A stretch of 64,000 bases of DNA from Selaginella moellendorffii (taxonomy: Eukaryota; Plantae; Lycopodiophyta). Within the stretch, counting starts at the first letter, position 1; each line of letters opens with the position of its first letter. The notes beneath the pieces were generated by a model that worked only from the letters and a program-made list of their open reading frames with translations, made no database searches and was not told the DNA's origin. Below, one piece after another: positions 10,915-23,554 of this stretch. Both the position numbers and the translations under genes were made by a program. The stretch lies in NCBI RefSeq assembly GCF_000143415.4, contig NW_003314332.1, positions 868,001 to 932,000 of the forward strand, read 5' to 3'.

Positions 10915-13900
10915 TTGTTGTGCATTTCTGAACAGGCGAGGAATTGCGTTCTTCTTCCAGCCACTATCAATGTGGATGCAGAGAAGGGGGAGGAGCTCAC
11001 CAGTTGGACTTTCGGGATGGAAGGCGAGGATCTGAGGCTGTACAACACAGATGGTGGGAGAAAAGAATGCATGGGGATCCTCATCCAAGTGACAGACACT
11101 CCATGCAGTTCCATGCAAGAATATGGACTGGCACTTGTGGTAGAGACAGCGTCCGCCTTCAAGATCCACCTTGCACATCCTAGCGGCTTCCTGGAGGGGG
11201 GCAGCGGCTATGAGGAATTCCTAGAGGGAGCTAGGGAGAGGTTGTCCAGGAGGCCCACAATTTCAAAGACGCTGCGGGTCTACGAAGATCACATGGAATC
11301 CATGGACCTCACCTACGGCGATGTTCAAAAACTATATTCCAACATTGAGCCGTTGAGAGTGCCTCCAGTTCGCGAAGCGAAGGGGAACGGGGTCGATCTG
11401 GAAACTACCCCGAAGCAGAAAAGGGTGGTCAAGCTCAAGCTGACGTCCGACTCTCTTGCTCCAAAAAAGAAGCTACTCGGTGATGCCATTGCCTCGGGTT
11501 CGAACACTACACCCACCAAAAAGAAGAGCCGCAAAGAGCAGAAAGAGCAAGAAGAGGCAGCAAAAATCGTCGCAGATAATAGTACTTATTACTATTCCAA
11601 CAAAGTATATACAATCGACGTGAGCCGTATTGACATCCAAAGCAAATACAACCACAGGCTAGTATCTGATGAGTGGGTGGAGAAACTGAAGCAGAAGATG
11701 CTAGCAAGTCCAGTAACACCCGACATCGCAGACGTGATCCCCTACTACCGAACAATGAAGGGCGAGATGAGGTTTCCAGACTTGATCAATAGGAAGGTGT
11801 TGGACGATCAGAACATCCGGTTCTATGCCGTTTCGGGGCAGCATTCTAGCTTGGCGATGCAAGAGATAGTTGTGGATATTATGGTGGGCGAGGAGGTGAA
11901 GAAAGTCTTCAAGACAAGAGTTGTCCGCCTGATAAAAGGCAACTCGCCCCTCCGATCTATCATATCCATCTCCCACGCGCAGAATGTCAAGCAAGAAACG
12001 TGCTACAAATCGGGTCTGCACGAGACATTGGCACGAACACGGAAGCTCTGGGTTCAACTGAAGAAGCCACAAAAACCAGGACAAGGACGTGCACTAGCAA
12101 CTAACGCCTGGCAGGTAAGCCTCGTTGCATGTGGCATAGCATGTGGCCTCACGCCATTTCCATTGCAGGAATTCTCGAGTCTTCTCTCGAAAACACTGGG
12201 GGTCAATGACACACTCAGCATCCATAACATTCTACTCATGACAAAAGTTATTTTTGACAAATGAGTAGATGTGCTGAGGAGGTACCATGACGGGGAGTTG
12301 CTAAACTCAATGGGTGTGGAGGACGGCCGGAAGCCCAATGATTTGAAGCTCAACGCTTTGCATTTCTCGCGGTCTCTAGACGATGACGACCTTCTGACAG
12401 TGGCTAATGCTCTTCTACGTGGTGAGGTAGTCTTCAACAAGACCAAAATGACTCCCGGCCATATTGTGACATACGAGGACTTGTGCACGACTCTAAGAGC
12501 TCGTGCGCTATTGAAGGATTGGATCTTCGAGAAAGTGGCCATGGAGAGGGTGAGCATCGACACCACGCAAGAGATGATGGAAGAGCTGGAGTTGTCAAAT
12601 GAAGACATCGACGAGTACGTGAAGGGGGCCCCCAAGTTCATCGATCTGCTGCGGGATGCCACGAAAAGTAAAGCTGAGAAGTTGGATCAGTATCCAAATT
12701 TCATTAAGAGGGATGTCGACCGCCGGCTTCAGAAATAGCTCGACCCCGCAGCAGAGGCCTATCGAGAACCTTACCGGGTATACGTGAATTCGGATGAGGA
12801 TCAAAGGTGGAGGAGCATTGTTTCCTGCGGAGATGAGCAGGTCAAGAACATCTTTTGTGTGATGGACTTCACAAACGAGGAGATCACTCATGCAGACGAA
12901 GTCAGCTCCATCATTGACTTAATGGTGGGACTTGCGGAGGTGGAATCTTCAGTCCACTATATGATCTACGACTCCGAATCCTATCACAAGTTCTGGAAGG
13001 CCTTGAACGAGGTGAAGGGTCGGTTGAAAGGCAAGGAGATGCAGGAGATCCATGGGATAATGGCTAAGAAGAAGATATCGACGAATGTCCGCATCTTCAC
13101 ACTCGCCCTTGTTATTGGTCCTGCAGCAGAGTGGGACTGGAGTGACTTCCCAGCTTCGTTCGACAAGGCCGATCGAATTGATCTGAGGGAGGTCAATTTA
13201 CCCGTGCCTGAGGAACTGAAGACGGCTATGGAGCTTTCGAATCCAGAGAAAGCTCCAGGTGTAGCATGGGAAATGCTCAGCTGGGTCTTCAACGCAATAG
13301 CACCTGCTTCCGACTCCAAGGGCAAATGCGTTGTCGAGTACAACTGCTGCAGACTATTCTTTCGAGCCGCACTACTCAAGGGTGTCCCGTGTGTTGCGGT
13401 GACAAACTCCATTGAAGAGGTGACTTCAATGAAGCATATAATTACAGTTGCCAAAGAAAAATAGTATCTTCTCTGCGAACCTGGTGAGTACGCACTTTAA
13501 GTTTAAATGTTATCTCACAAGCTCTGTATGCAGGAGCGTGGCCACCCCCAGATGTTGAAACGGTGTTAACAGCTATTGTTGGGCCGAGCTCACAACCTGC
13601 ACAAGGTAAGGTCATGTGAGGCCTCACGCCATTTTGATTATAGATCGTTGTGAATATTCAGACACGAGGACTGAAAAGCGCACTGGTGGCGTGTCGAAGA
13701 AGGACAAACAGACAAGCAATAGGAAAAAAGGAGGTACAAATTATATTTGCAATGGCATGTGGTTTCATGAAATTCCTTGCAGGAGACACTTCTTCAAAGG
13801 CAAAACAGGCAAGCACCAGCCAAGCTCAAACTGACAGTGGTCATAAAAAGCGAAAGCACGTTGGACAGTCGTCGGGATTAGAGGCTTTTGATTCGAAAAG

Positions 13901-14484
13901 GAAGAAGGGCAACGAAAAGATGATAGGTAATGCCTCGCGGTCACCACCTCCTGACTCAGATTCCTATGGTGGACTCCCCTTCCCCAATCTCAATGAAGAG
14001 GTACAATGGATGAGGGATGCTTTTCAAGTCAGGGCCACGTTTTTCTCATCTCGTCGTCTTTGAAGGGTGCAAGAACGTGCAGAAACCATGTTAAGACAGT
14101 CGGGTGAGGATACGGTCCTAGGTCACGCACTAAAACAGGCTATGGATGTCTTGTATTTTGAGATGGAGACTCGGCCAAATGATTTTCCCAAGATGGTCCT
14201 GGAAGAACAAGTCATCCAGCCTGAGCAGCCTATGGAAGAAATGCAGGAGGGGGATGAGGGGGGATGAGGAGCCAGAGAAAGATAATGAGCAGGAAGAGCA
14301 GAAGGACGAAGAGGAGGACAAAGAAGAGGAGGACGAAGAAGAGGAAGACGAAGAGGACTTGGATGGTCCTCACAATGGTGACGATCACAATAACAACGAC
14401 GACGATGATAACGACGATGGCCAGCCTGAGGTGGCCAAAGAGCAGTGGAGGAAGGTCATACAAGACAAACCATCAGGTAAATAA
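10915..14484 (+). pseudogene. Transposon cargo gene: ParB/Srx-like domain, degenerate N6/N4-MTase-like domain, basic and acidic tail (multi-exon)
   Basis: ORFs 10915, 12271 and 12784 share one frame, separated by single stops (12262 TGA, 12736 TAG). Motifs IDVSRIDI..NHRLVSDEWVEKLKQKM..FYAVSGQHSSLA and EKAP..GKCVVEYNCCRLFFRAALLKGVPCVAV. Candidate introns 12115-12168 and 13734-13782. D/E-rich stretch at about 14265-14420. Confidence 0.55.
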
Positions 14485-15363
14485 TAGTACATCCATTCCT
14501 AACCTTTTACCATTTCTAACATTGTCCATGTAGGTTGCAAAGCAAATGGTAAGTAGAGATTATTCAGTTGAATTAAGATACAAACTCTAGCCTTTAGTGT
14601 CGAGGAAGGATAGTGCCAAGCAAGGGTCGAAACGTATGTCCAATCTTTCAGAATCAACAGTGCGCCCAAGTGATATCGGTCCTAGTTCCTCAATAGCAGT
14701 TGATGGTAAATACAGTATAGTATTCAATGTGCTAATGAGTTTGTTTTTAGTAGCCAGTAGGGAGGATACCATCTCAATCGAAGGGAGATATTTGGACATG
14801 CATATGGATCCGCCAGTGGACTCTACTTGGCTGCAAGAGTCATCAGAGCTGGTGGAGGCTACTATCCATATCAACGCCAAGCAAGCTGACCACGCTCCAC
14901 TTGATGCTGCCCATACCACTGAGTCAATCTTGTCCACGTATCCAACTGACGGTGACCAGGCGCCATTGGACCCGCATAAGGCCGCCCCAGCTGCCGAGCC
15001 GGTCGTATCCTCATTTCCAACGGACTCAACGTGTGCCCAATCGTCTGACTACGCGCCATTGGAACCTCCCTACACCGCCCCTGCTGCCTGTTCGGTCATG
15101 TCCACTTTGCCAACGGAGGCACCAGCTAAAATGGCGTGTGATCACACGCCATCGGAACCACCCCATGCCACTGTTGAGCCAGTTGTACCAGAGTCTACAG
15201 CTGAAATGGCATGTGCCCACACGCCATCGGATGCGATTGACCCCACATTGCAGAGGAGAGTATTTCCGCCCTTCACGTTTCCTCAACCAAAACCCTCTGA
15301 ACGACCATCGGGAGCACCATTCGCTAATATTGTAGATGGTAAAATTGACTTGTACCATTTTTT

Positions 15364-16248
15364 ATGCTGACGCATTTCATTTCAGAGTCACGGCGAAAGT
15401 ACTGTATCGTTTTTGATCTGAACGGTGTTCTTTTCTCCCATGAGCATGGCTCGTCTTCAAATGTCACTGCACCCTCCAAATCCTGCGGTCGCAAGTTGGT
15501 CAAAAGAGACAGATTCACATTAATCACACGGGAGAAACTGCGGGATCTAATAATGACCATGCGACACTTAAAACAGAGGGCCGGGTTCAATTTGCAATTG
15601 GGAGTTTGGACATCCATGATGCGCCACAATGCATTAACGTTGCTACAGATGATGCACGATCAGACGCGAGTAATATTACCATTTGACTTTCTCCTAACGC
15701 AAGAGGATTGCTTGACTATGGTCCATGTGAGGGGTAGCAAGCCCATCTTTGTCAAGCCAGAGGCTGTAGTGATGAACCGGACTGCTAGGTCAAGTGAAAT
15801 CCTCATCATCGATGACTCGCCGATTAAAACTGCAGCAAACACGCACACATATGCAGTGCACCCCATCTCTTGCAGTATGGAAACTAAGGAGAAGAAACCG
15901 TATGTTCTGGGGGACCTTGCAAAACGGCTTGGAGCGATGGTGATAGAGAACCGGCCAGTCCAGGAGGTGGCTGCAGAAATCAACCAAATGGCAGATGGAA
16001 CGGTATATCAGAAGCCATTTGATCGGACAGACACCAGTCATCATTTATGGCATGTATATTGTCTAGCCAAGCACTATCCGCATCTCCATAATCTGCTCAA
16101 CCGGATGGGTTCTTCGACCACTGAACATGAGCGTGGACGTATTAGAGAAGAGATGGCATTACTATTGGGTTTAAATCCTGATAGTGTGGAGAGTGATGAA
16201 ATTCCAAGATTATTGTATAGGCGTTGGAGGCAAAAAATAACAGTCTGA
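15364..16248 (+). CDS. FCP1/NIF-like HAD phosphatase domain (possibly the last exon(s) of the cargo gene)
   Basis: CIVFDLNGVL, GVWTS, LLTQEDC and IIDDSPIK match the FCP1-homology motif order. Confidence 0.75.
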   Translation: MLTHFISESRRKYCIVFDLNGVLFSHEHGSSSNVTAPSKSCGRKLVKRDRFTLITREKLRDLIMTMRHLKQRAGFNLQLGVWTSMMRHNALTLLQMMHDQTRVILPFDFLLTQEDCLTMVHVRGSKPIFVKPEAVVMNRTARSSEILIIDDSPIKTAANTHTYAVHPISCSMETKEKKPYVLGDLAKRLGAMVIENRPVQEVAAEINQMADGTVYQKPFDRTDTSHHLWHVYCLAKHYPHLHNLLNRMGSSTTEHERGRIREEMALLLGLNPDSVESDEIPRLLYRRWRQKITV

Positions 16249-16689
16249 GATGGCATGTATTTATTTAAAAATGTAACTTATTATGGCATGGGGTTCCATG
16301 CCATTGTATTAATATTAAAAGACAATTCTTTGAGAGGATTTGCATTATACTAGAAGTGTTACAGCATGTTATTGAAAGTCTACGAAGTTGTTTTATTAAT
16401 TAGGGGAAAGTAAAGATTGAATGGGGACTTGGGCTCCACCTAGACTCGGAGCAACTGAGCCAATATTAAAAGGATGGAAAGAAATTGGATGACGATGACA
16501 AGGAGAAGAGAGAGGTGAAGCGGTGGCAGGGGGAGGAGAAGTGATTGAGTAGACATTTCCTTGTTTAAAATAAAATGGCATGTGCCTCAATGCAGTTGAA
16601 TTTTGTTATATTTATATACTATATAAAGGTTTGGAAACCTTATTTTACAAGTGGGATAATGACAATTCCCACTTTAACGAAATAGAGCG

Positions 16690-19494
16690 TAGTCTGTCTG
16701 GAATGACTTTGAGCAGTTGGTGGTGTAGTAGGAGTTTCCATGGTTGGTTTCCGGGCATGTTCATTCGGTGAAAGATCTTGAATAGCAGCACCTTGCATTG
16801 TTCCTCTATATCTATTATGTTTATCCCCCCCTCCTGTTTTGCTCTTGTAACCGAGCTCCATCCAACCTTTGCCCCTCCTCGTGATACTGTTGCCTGTCCC
16901 TTCCATACATATATCCTGATGAGCTTGTTCATTTCTTTTAACGTTTTCTTATCCAAGTTCCATGATGCCGCCAAGAACCAGATTGCCCCTAACACTATAT
17001 TATTCGCCACTACACATCTTGCCGAGAAGGACAGCTTTCGTGACGCCCAAAATTTCAGTTGATCTCTAAGCTTTTCGACCGCTTTTTGATTCTGCAGGAA
17101 GGGGTCATATGCCCGGCCTATTTGGAACCCCAAGTACCTTGTTGTTTCTCCTTGTTTCAGCCACTTAAAATCCCACTCACTCCCCTAGTTTGGCGGGTCA
17201 GAGCTTGGTAGCCATATTCCTACCGATTTTCCCCAGTTTATTCTTGAGCCAGCTGCCAGGTTGAAGAAGTCCAAATCCTTCTTGACCTTGCTCATGTTCT
17301 CCGGGGAACCTGACGTGATGATTCCTGTGTCATCTGCGAAGGCACTGGATTTCAACTGCCTTTTTGCTGTCCCTACCAGGTCTTGTAGCGAGTCTCTGCA
17401 CCCGGGCAGTACCAGCCCTTCCGGCCCATCCGCCCTTGCCAAATAGTGTGCTAAAGCATCGGCCACGAACAGGAATAGAAACGGGGCTAGTGGACACCCT
17501 TGTCTTACTGACCATTGCAGCTTGATCGTGTTCCCCACTGTCCCATTTATTGTGACCTTGCTTGATGCGCCTTGGTATAAGGTGGCCGACCATCCTATAA
17601 AATTTTCTGGAATGCCGATCTTCCTCATCGTCGCTTGCAGGAACTCCCAGTCTACTCTGTCATATGCCTTCTCGTAATCCAGGAGTATTATTGCCATCTC
17701 TAATCCTTGGTCCTTGACTTGTTCTTGTGTGAGCAGCACTGTCAGGATGTTGTCCACTAGTTGTCTTCCTTCCACAAATCCATTCTGGGTGTCATGTATC
17801 GTCTCTGGCAATAACGGCCGTAACCTCTTGGCTAACGCCTTGGCTACTATCTTGTATAGTGTATTTAGCATCAATATCGGTCTCCAGTTCTTGATTAGTG
17901 ATGCATCCCCCCCTTTTTTGGGGATGAGCGCAATTATTCCATCTATGGCTCCTGAGGGCCATTGTCCCATTCTCATCACTTCCTTCCATGTGTCCAACAC
18001 TACTGGCCCCAACCATTCCCAATTTGCTTTATAGTACGCTGGCGGCATCCCATCTTCCCCGGGCATCTTGTCGTCATTCAAGTCTCTAACTGCATCATCT
18101 AGCTCTTCCAGCGTGAAGTTTCTGCACAGGGCCCGTGCTAAGGATTCATCTACCTTCTGTGGCACCGACTGAAGAACTTCCACCATGGCCATTTTCCTTT
18201 CTTCTGTCCACAGTTCCGCTCTAAACAGTTCTTGGTAGTATGTCTCAGCCATCCTGTGCATCTCTTGTAAGCTCGTGTGCATCATGCCTTGGTCATCCTT
18301 GAGCCCGAACACTGGCGGGGACGTAACTCTTGCTTTTATGGACTTATAAAACTCTTTGTTTAGCGCATTTTCACTATTATGTCATTTGAGGTGCCCCGAC
18401 CTTATAAACGCCTCCATTTTTTCCGCTTCCAGGGTGAAAAGTTGGGCTTTGGTTCTTGCTAGCTGGGTTCTCAGTGACGTATCCAGCGGGTCCAACCTGA
18501 TCAATCTCTTAATAGCTTCAATATTCCTTCTTATTGCTTGCACTTTTTTGAAAACTTTTCTTCTCTTGTTCTGTGTCTTTTTTCGGATTTCATTGGCTAT
18601 CTTGATTGTGAACTTGTGCAGGTCTCCTCCTTCTTGCTGGTTCCATTTTTCTTTTATATAGTCATTCAACTTCCCGTCCTCAAAGTTTTTCCGAGATACC
18701 GGTGCGGGCCTCTTTGTTCCCCACCTTTTTAAGATGGGAAGCGTCAATGACACCGAGTTATGATCCGAGAAGTCTCTGTATCCCGTTGCTATGTCTAATT
18801 TGCCACTATTCCAACACAGTTCGGGTGATACATAAAAACGGTCCAGTCTTCGTTGAATTCCTCATTGCTGGTGCTCTTGCCATGTGAACCTTGGCTGGTG
18901 TTGTACAAAACCTGGGATGTTGTACGTATCCTCTAGCCCCAGCGCTAGCACTAATTGTGCCCACATTGCTCTTTCCCTGCTTGTCCTTTTATCTCTCATT
19001 TCTCCCCCATCTTTGTCTAGCACTTCTTCCACAAAGTTGAAATCTCCCGTGACCATCCATGTTGAGGGTTGTGCAGGTATTCGGTGTACCAGTTCATTCC
19101 AGAAATCTGCTCTTTCAGAGGAGCTTCCTGCTGGTGCATACACATTCAGGAGGCCCACTAGCATATCTCCTATCTTAAACTGGACACACTACGCTCTACC
19201 CGGTACCAGTATTGCATGTTCTTCAACCAGGGATTCCCACTGGCCTTTTACCACTATTAATGTGCCTCCACTACATGATACTGCCGGATTCCAGAAATAT
19301 TTCCCTTTCGTAAACTTATAAACCAGGTCCATACTTGAGAGCCTATGCTCTTGCACACACAAGAAATCAAAACATTGAGTCACACCTTCTATTTGTCTAA
19401 GGTACTGTCTAAGCTTCGTCTTTTTGTTATTCAGCGCTGATCTCTCCTTCTTCAGGCCTCCCACGTTCCACGTTCTCACGTTGACGTTAACCAT
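16690..19494 (-). pseudogene. Family-B ORF2: APE endonuclease and reverse transcriptase
   Basis: TWNVGG, LNVYAP, GDFN, RLDRFY, SDH; NWRPI, LDYEKAYDRV, VRQGCPLAP, FADD. One frame with stops at 19189, 18862, 18382 and 17185. Confidence 0.93.
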
Positions 19495-22400
19495 TTCTGA
19501 ATCCTCGGGCGCTGCCAAGACGCTGTCTCTCCACCCAATGGTATGGGCCCATTGGTCGGAGTGGCCATGCAAACGGGATTCTCACCGTTCCTCGGAATTT
19601 GAACAAGTTCGGCGCTTGCTCCACGAAATTGTCTTCTCGAATCGAAAACCTCTGTGGGTTCCAGTTGAAGTTGTAGGCCAGAATGTCCTCCAGGGTCCAG
19701 CCTATGTCTTGTCCAGGCGAGATCAAAATTGCCGACGGGGCGTATCCAACTCTGTTGTCGATCCATTCCCCCAGGAACTTGGGAGGGTTCGTTCCACTGA
19801 CATAGAGCTCTATTTCACATACTGCTCTTCTCGGTGGGGTGAACCCTAGTGGACAGTTTCCTCTTGCAAAGTCTTCCGTTCTTCCTGATCTTGAACGTGA
19901 TTGTTGTTGTTCTTGTTCTACTGGCCCCGGCGCCCTGTGTGTTGCCTGCTGGGGTGGTAGTTCTCCTTTATCCTGGACAGTCTCTACTTCTGTGTCAGGT
20001 CCCTTTGCCTCCCCCACGGCTTGTCCTTCAAAAAGTCTTCCTGTCGGCCTCCATTCTTTTCCTCGCGCTGTCCTCGACTGTCCTTTTTCCTGCTTGGCTG
20101 CTGTTGATTGCTCCCCTTGTCCCTCCTCCTTCTGTCCTTTGGTTCGAGGCTTCTTGCTTTCTCCACTGGAGGCCGCTTTCTCTATTATTTCCCTTTCCCC
20201 TCTTGCTCCTCGTTTCTTGCCTTCCGAGCCACTGTTTGCTTTTTGTCGGTCCTCCCCTGTTTCCGGCATTCCCCCCATGCTTGCTCCTCTGGCCAAACAG
20301 TGTTTCCCAATGTGTCCTGTTCGCCGGCAGATGATGCACACGCTCGGGTTCGGTAGCAACATAACCCGAATCCTTCTTGGCACTTCCCCCTTCCCTGGCT
20401 TGAGTTCTATCTCGAAGGGGATGTGTACTTCTTTCGGAATCCTGACTTTGACTGTGACTCTGTCTCCCACTGGCGTTCCTTCCATCCTTATAAACGTAGC
20501 AAACTGCCTTAGTATTGCTGCCAGAATCTTGTCTTCTGCCAGTGCCACGTCCATTCCCTGTAGCTCAAAGTTCACGATCACGGATGGCGGGAGTAGCATC
20601 CTTTTTTTCTGGGGCATGAAGTTGTTGTGGTATGCTCTGAAGAAGAGCTGAAAGTCCAACTGTGCATACGCATCCACTCGCAGTAGCTTGTGCCGAGCTC
20701 TCTCATCCTTGATGACCACATTATAGCACTTTTCCCCCAGGTCCTTCACATCTTCTGCCAAAACCGTGACCAACATGTCGTGGTACGCCAGTGCTGCGCA
20801 CACCCAATCTAACACTACAAATCCTGCCGGGACTGCTCCCTCCACTATCACGTGCAAGGTTTCTTCCGCTCGTCTGGCTTGCAGCTTGTTTAACTCCTCC
20901 ATGAATTCTTTCGGGTCTACCTCTAGCACATCGCTTGCTGGCCCATGTGGCATTCTCGTGGGCTTCCTTGGTGGCATTATCTCCTCGATCTTCACGGGTG
21001 GTGGCCCGAATGGGACTATGGGAGCATCCGGGCAGACAGACATTTTCGAGTACTGCGGTAGTACCTTCGGGTACCCTGTTTCCGGCTCTTGCTTCCCATC
21101 CGGGGATATCACCACTTCTGGCGCGAGCTCTTCCCGTCCCTCTTGATGACAATGCTTCCCATTGTCTTGCCTCTTCCCACTTCCCCTTGCCCTTGTCATC
21201 CCTCATTCTGCCATGGAATTCCTGTCCGACTGGTGCTTCATATGTTCGCACCGTTTGTTCCATTTCAATCGGTCTTTCCTGTCGGGCTTCCTGTTCCTGC
21301 TTTTCTTTGGTAGCCTTTTCCCTTTCAGCTTCATCTTCCAGTATCCGCTTTGCTTCCTCTTCTGCCAGACGTCTGGCTTCTTGCTCTTTATGCGCGTTGG
21401 CTTCCCGGATTGCCTTGAAACAAGGGGGGCCCTTGTCCAGTAGGCAGCACGTCTTGACCCTTCGCTTGATCCCGGACGGGGACCCTACCCCCGCTTCCTT
21501 CCCACTGGCTTCTTTTTCCATCCTTCCCGGTGCATTTTCCTCCCCCGTCCCCAGTGACTCGCTGGTGGTGTTTCTTCTAGGAGCTCTCGTGAGGGGTGCT
21601 CCCTCTTCCTCGCTTGAGTCCTCTTTTCCTTTGTTCTCCACATTGACTACCGGAACTTCTCCTGTCAGCGCCTCTTCTGGATCCAGTACCTCCGGCAGCT
21701 GCACACCTCTGGCTCTTTCTCCTGCAGTACTCATCCTCGCCATTGTCCTTGCTCGCGGCATACTTCCTCCGGTGTCTTCCTCTTTTTTCTGTTTTTCCCC
21801 CTCTGATTCTTGTGATCCTCTTCTCCTCTCTCCCTCTTTTTCCCCCTTTTCCTTCCCTTCCATTCCCTCCACTTCGTCTACGACCCTCTTTCCTTTCGGA
21901 GATTTTTCCCCCTTGTCTTTCCCTCTCCTCTCGCTTACCGCTTTGCCTTTGTCTTCGAGCTGCCCTTCGTCTTTTACTGAAAATAAAGCCCTCCGGATTG
22001 ACATGTCCCCTTTAAATGGCGCTGACCCTGGTTGCCACTTGTCGTTCCGCCATTTGCTGCCCACTCCTCCACGTTTTTCTTCCCCTTTCCCTGTCCACGT
22101 TGATAGCGCACATGATTGTTTCCTTGGATTCTTCGGCTTCTCCTCGGACATTACCCCGCCACACGTCCCTTCCTTGGATTTCATGCTTAGATTTTCCCCC
22201 CATGCATCTCCATGTGTCGCCTTGTCCTTCTTCCCCTCTCCTCCGACAGTGACCTGCCTGGTCCCTTTAACTCCGGCTCGTTGCGTGTTGATGACATCCA
22301 TCCTGGCCTCGTTTTTCTCCCGATTTGCTACTATCTTGACAGTTATTCCGCCGTTTCCCTCCATTAACTCCTTCCTTGGATTTCCCGCGCCCACATTTAT

Positions 22401-22508
22401 TCGCTGTCTAGCCGTCGTCTCGGGATTCCTCCCTCTCCCGGTTCCTCCCCTCTTGTTCTGCCGCGTGTCCTCCATCTCCTCCGCCCCTTCTTCCCCACTC
22501 AGTCTCAT
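19487..22508 (-). pseudogene. Family-B ORF1 (disordered N-terminus, RRM-like region, CCHC knuckle), split over two frames
   Basis: ORFs 20721-22508 and 19487-21199; CIICRRTGHIGKHC; overlaps the ORF2 start by 8 nt. Confidence 0.8.
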
Positions 22509-23515
22509 CCTAGCCGTCTAGAGCAGCGGTTTTTTGCCTTTGAACATCTTGATCCTACTCCAAGTTTTACACTTCCTTTCTTGAGCGTTTTTCTGGCCAG
22601 CGAGTTTGGTCTTCCCACTCTGGTGTGGCTCCCCTCTTGCCCAGTTACTCCTGCTCAGGATTTCAGTCACGTAAAGCTTTCGAACCTTCCGAAACCCAGT
22701 CCCGGGTCCAAGCCGATTTCAGCCGGCCAGCCCAGTTTGGCTGTGCTTAAGCTCCCCCCAACTAGTGCTCCAGATCATTGCCTCATTCTGACCGTTCCTC
22801 TTATCCTCCCAGCGCACACTCTTTCTTTTTTCCGTGTATGCAGTGAGAAGTGTTTGGGGGATTTTTGAGGCTTTTCACTTAGCTTTTCATAGCCCAGCGA
22901 TCTTACTCCTTTCTGGCCTGTTCCCCCGAGGACCGAAAGGACTTTCTTACAAGCCAATACTATTAGCTGAGGGGGGGCCAGAATGGATGTCATCCGGAGC
23001 CATTCCAAACCTTAAGCTACGAGCCAAAAAATGCACAGCGAGGGTGATTCAGTGGGATGCTTTCGATTCTTTTTTCTTTTTCTAGCACTTTGCAGCTGGA
23101 GGAGAGGCTGCACTTCTAGCTCTGATCTTTAGCCTTTGTCTGATGATCTTTAGCGGAAAAAAAAAAAACCAGCCCACCGACTTGAAACCAGCTTGGACCA
23201 CGCTGCGAGCTCTATCCACCCAATCTCTTGCTGTAACTTGCGCGGGTCACCCACACCCAGAGAAGGACCAAACTCACTGTCCAGCCACGCTCAGAGCAGT
23301 CATGCTTCCTCCTGGAGCTTCCAGATCTATTCTACCAGCCAGTGCAAAAACCCTCTCTGATCTGACTGCAGCCGAGAAGATCACACAGTGCGCGTCACTG
23401 CCATCCAGCGCCACCGCCACGCTCAAGTGTCCACTCCACTCTCTCCCAGCGGCTACTCTTCTCTCCTCTTGCCTTGGCGCCTTCCCTCTCCTCTCCGCCC
23501 TCCCTCACCATTCTT

Positions 23516-23554
23516 CTAGTCCGACTTTGTCCTCTCTCGCTAGTCCGACTTTGT
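23516..23554 (+). repeat. Double target copy separated by 9 nt
   Basis: CTAGTCCGACTTTGT-CCTCTCTCG-CTAGTCCGACTTTGT. Confidence 0.95.

Larger units (their letters stand above)
3179..16688. mobile_element. 13.5-kb TIR DNA transposon, Sola1-like, with cargo genes
   Basis: Perfect 22-bp TIRs GCTCTATTTCGTTAAAGTGGGA (3179-3200) and TCCCACTTTAACGAAATAGAGC (16667-16688). TAGTC is duplicated at 3171-3175 and 16690-16694. Contains a DDD-type transposase. Confidence 0.9.
1466..23515 (-). mobile_element. Element E3: full-length family-B L1/Tx1-type LINE (~8.5 kb) interrupted by the 13.5-kb DNA transposon
   Basis: ORF1 with CCHC knuckle and ORF2 with APE-RT-zf-RVT. Target copies at 1451-1465 and 23516-23530. 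ORF2 reads KVIPDRLEHTRQN once the insertion is removed. Confidence 0.93.

Noticed and set aside
19839-22521. Long plus-strand ORFs (270 aa, 528 aa) and similar ones opposite the family-A ORFs
   Set aside because: Antisense shadows of low-complexity LINE ORFs.
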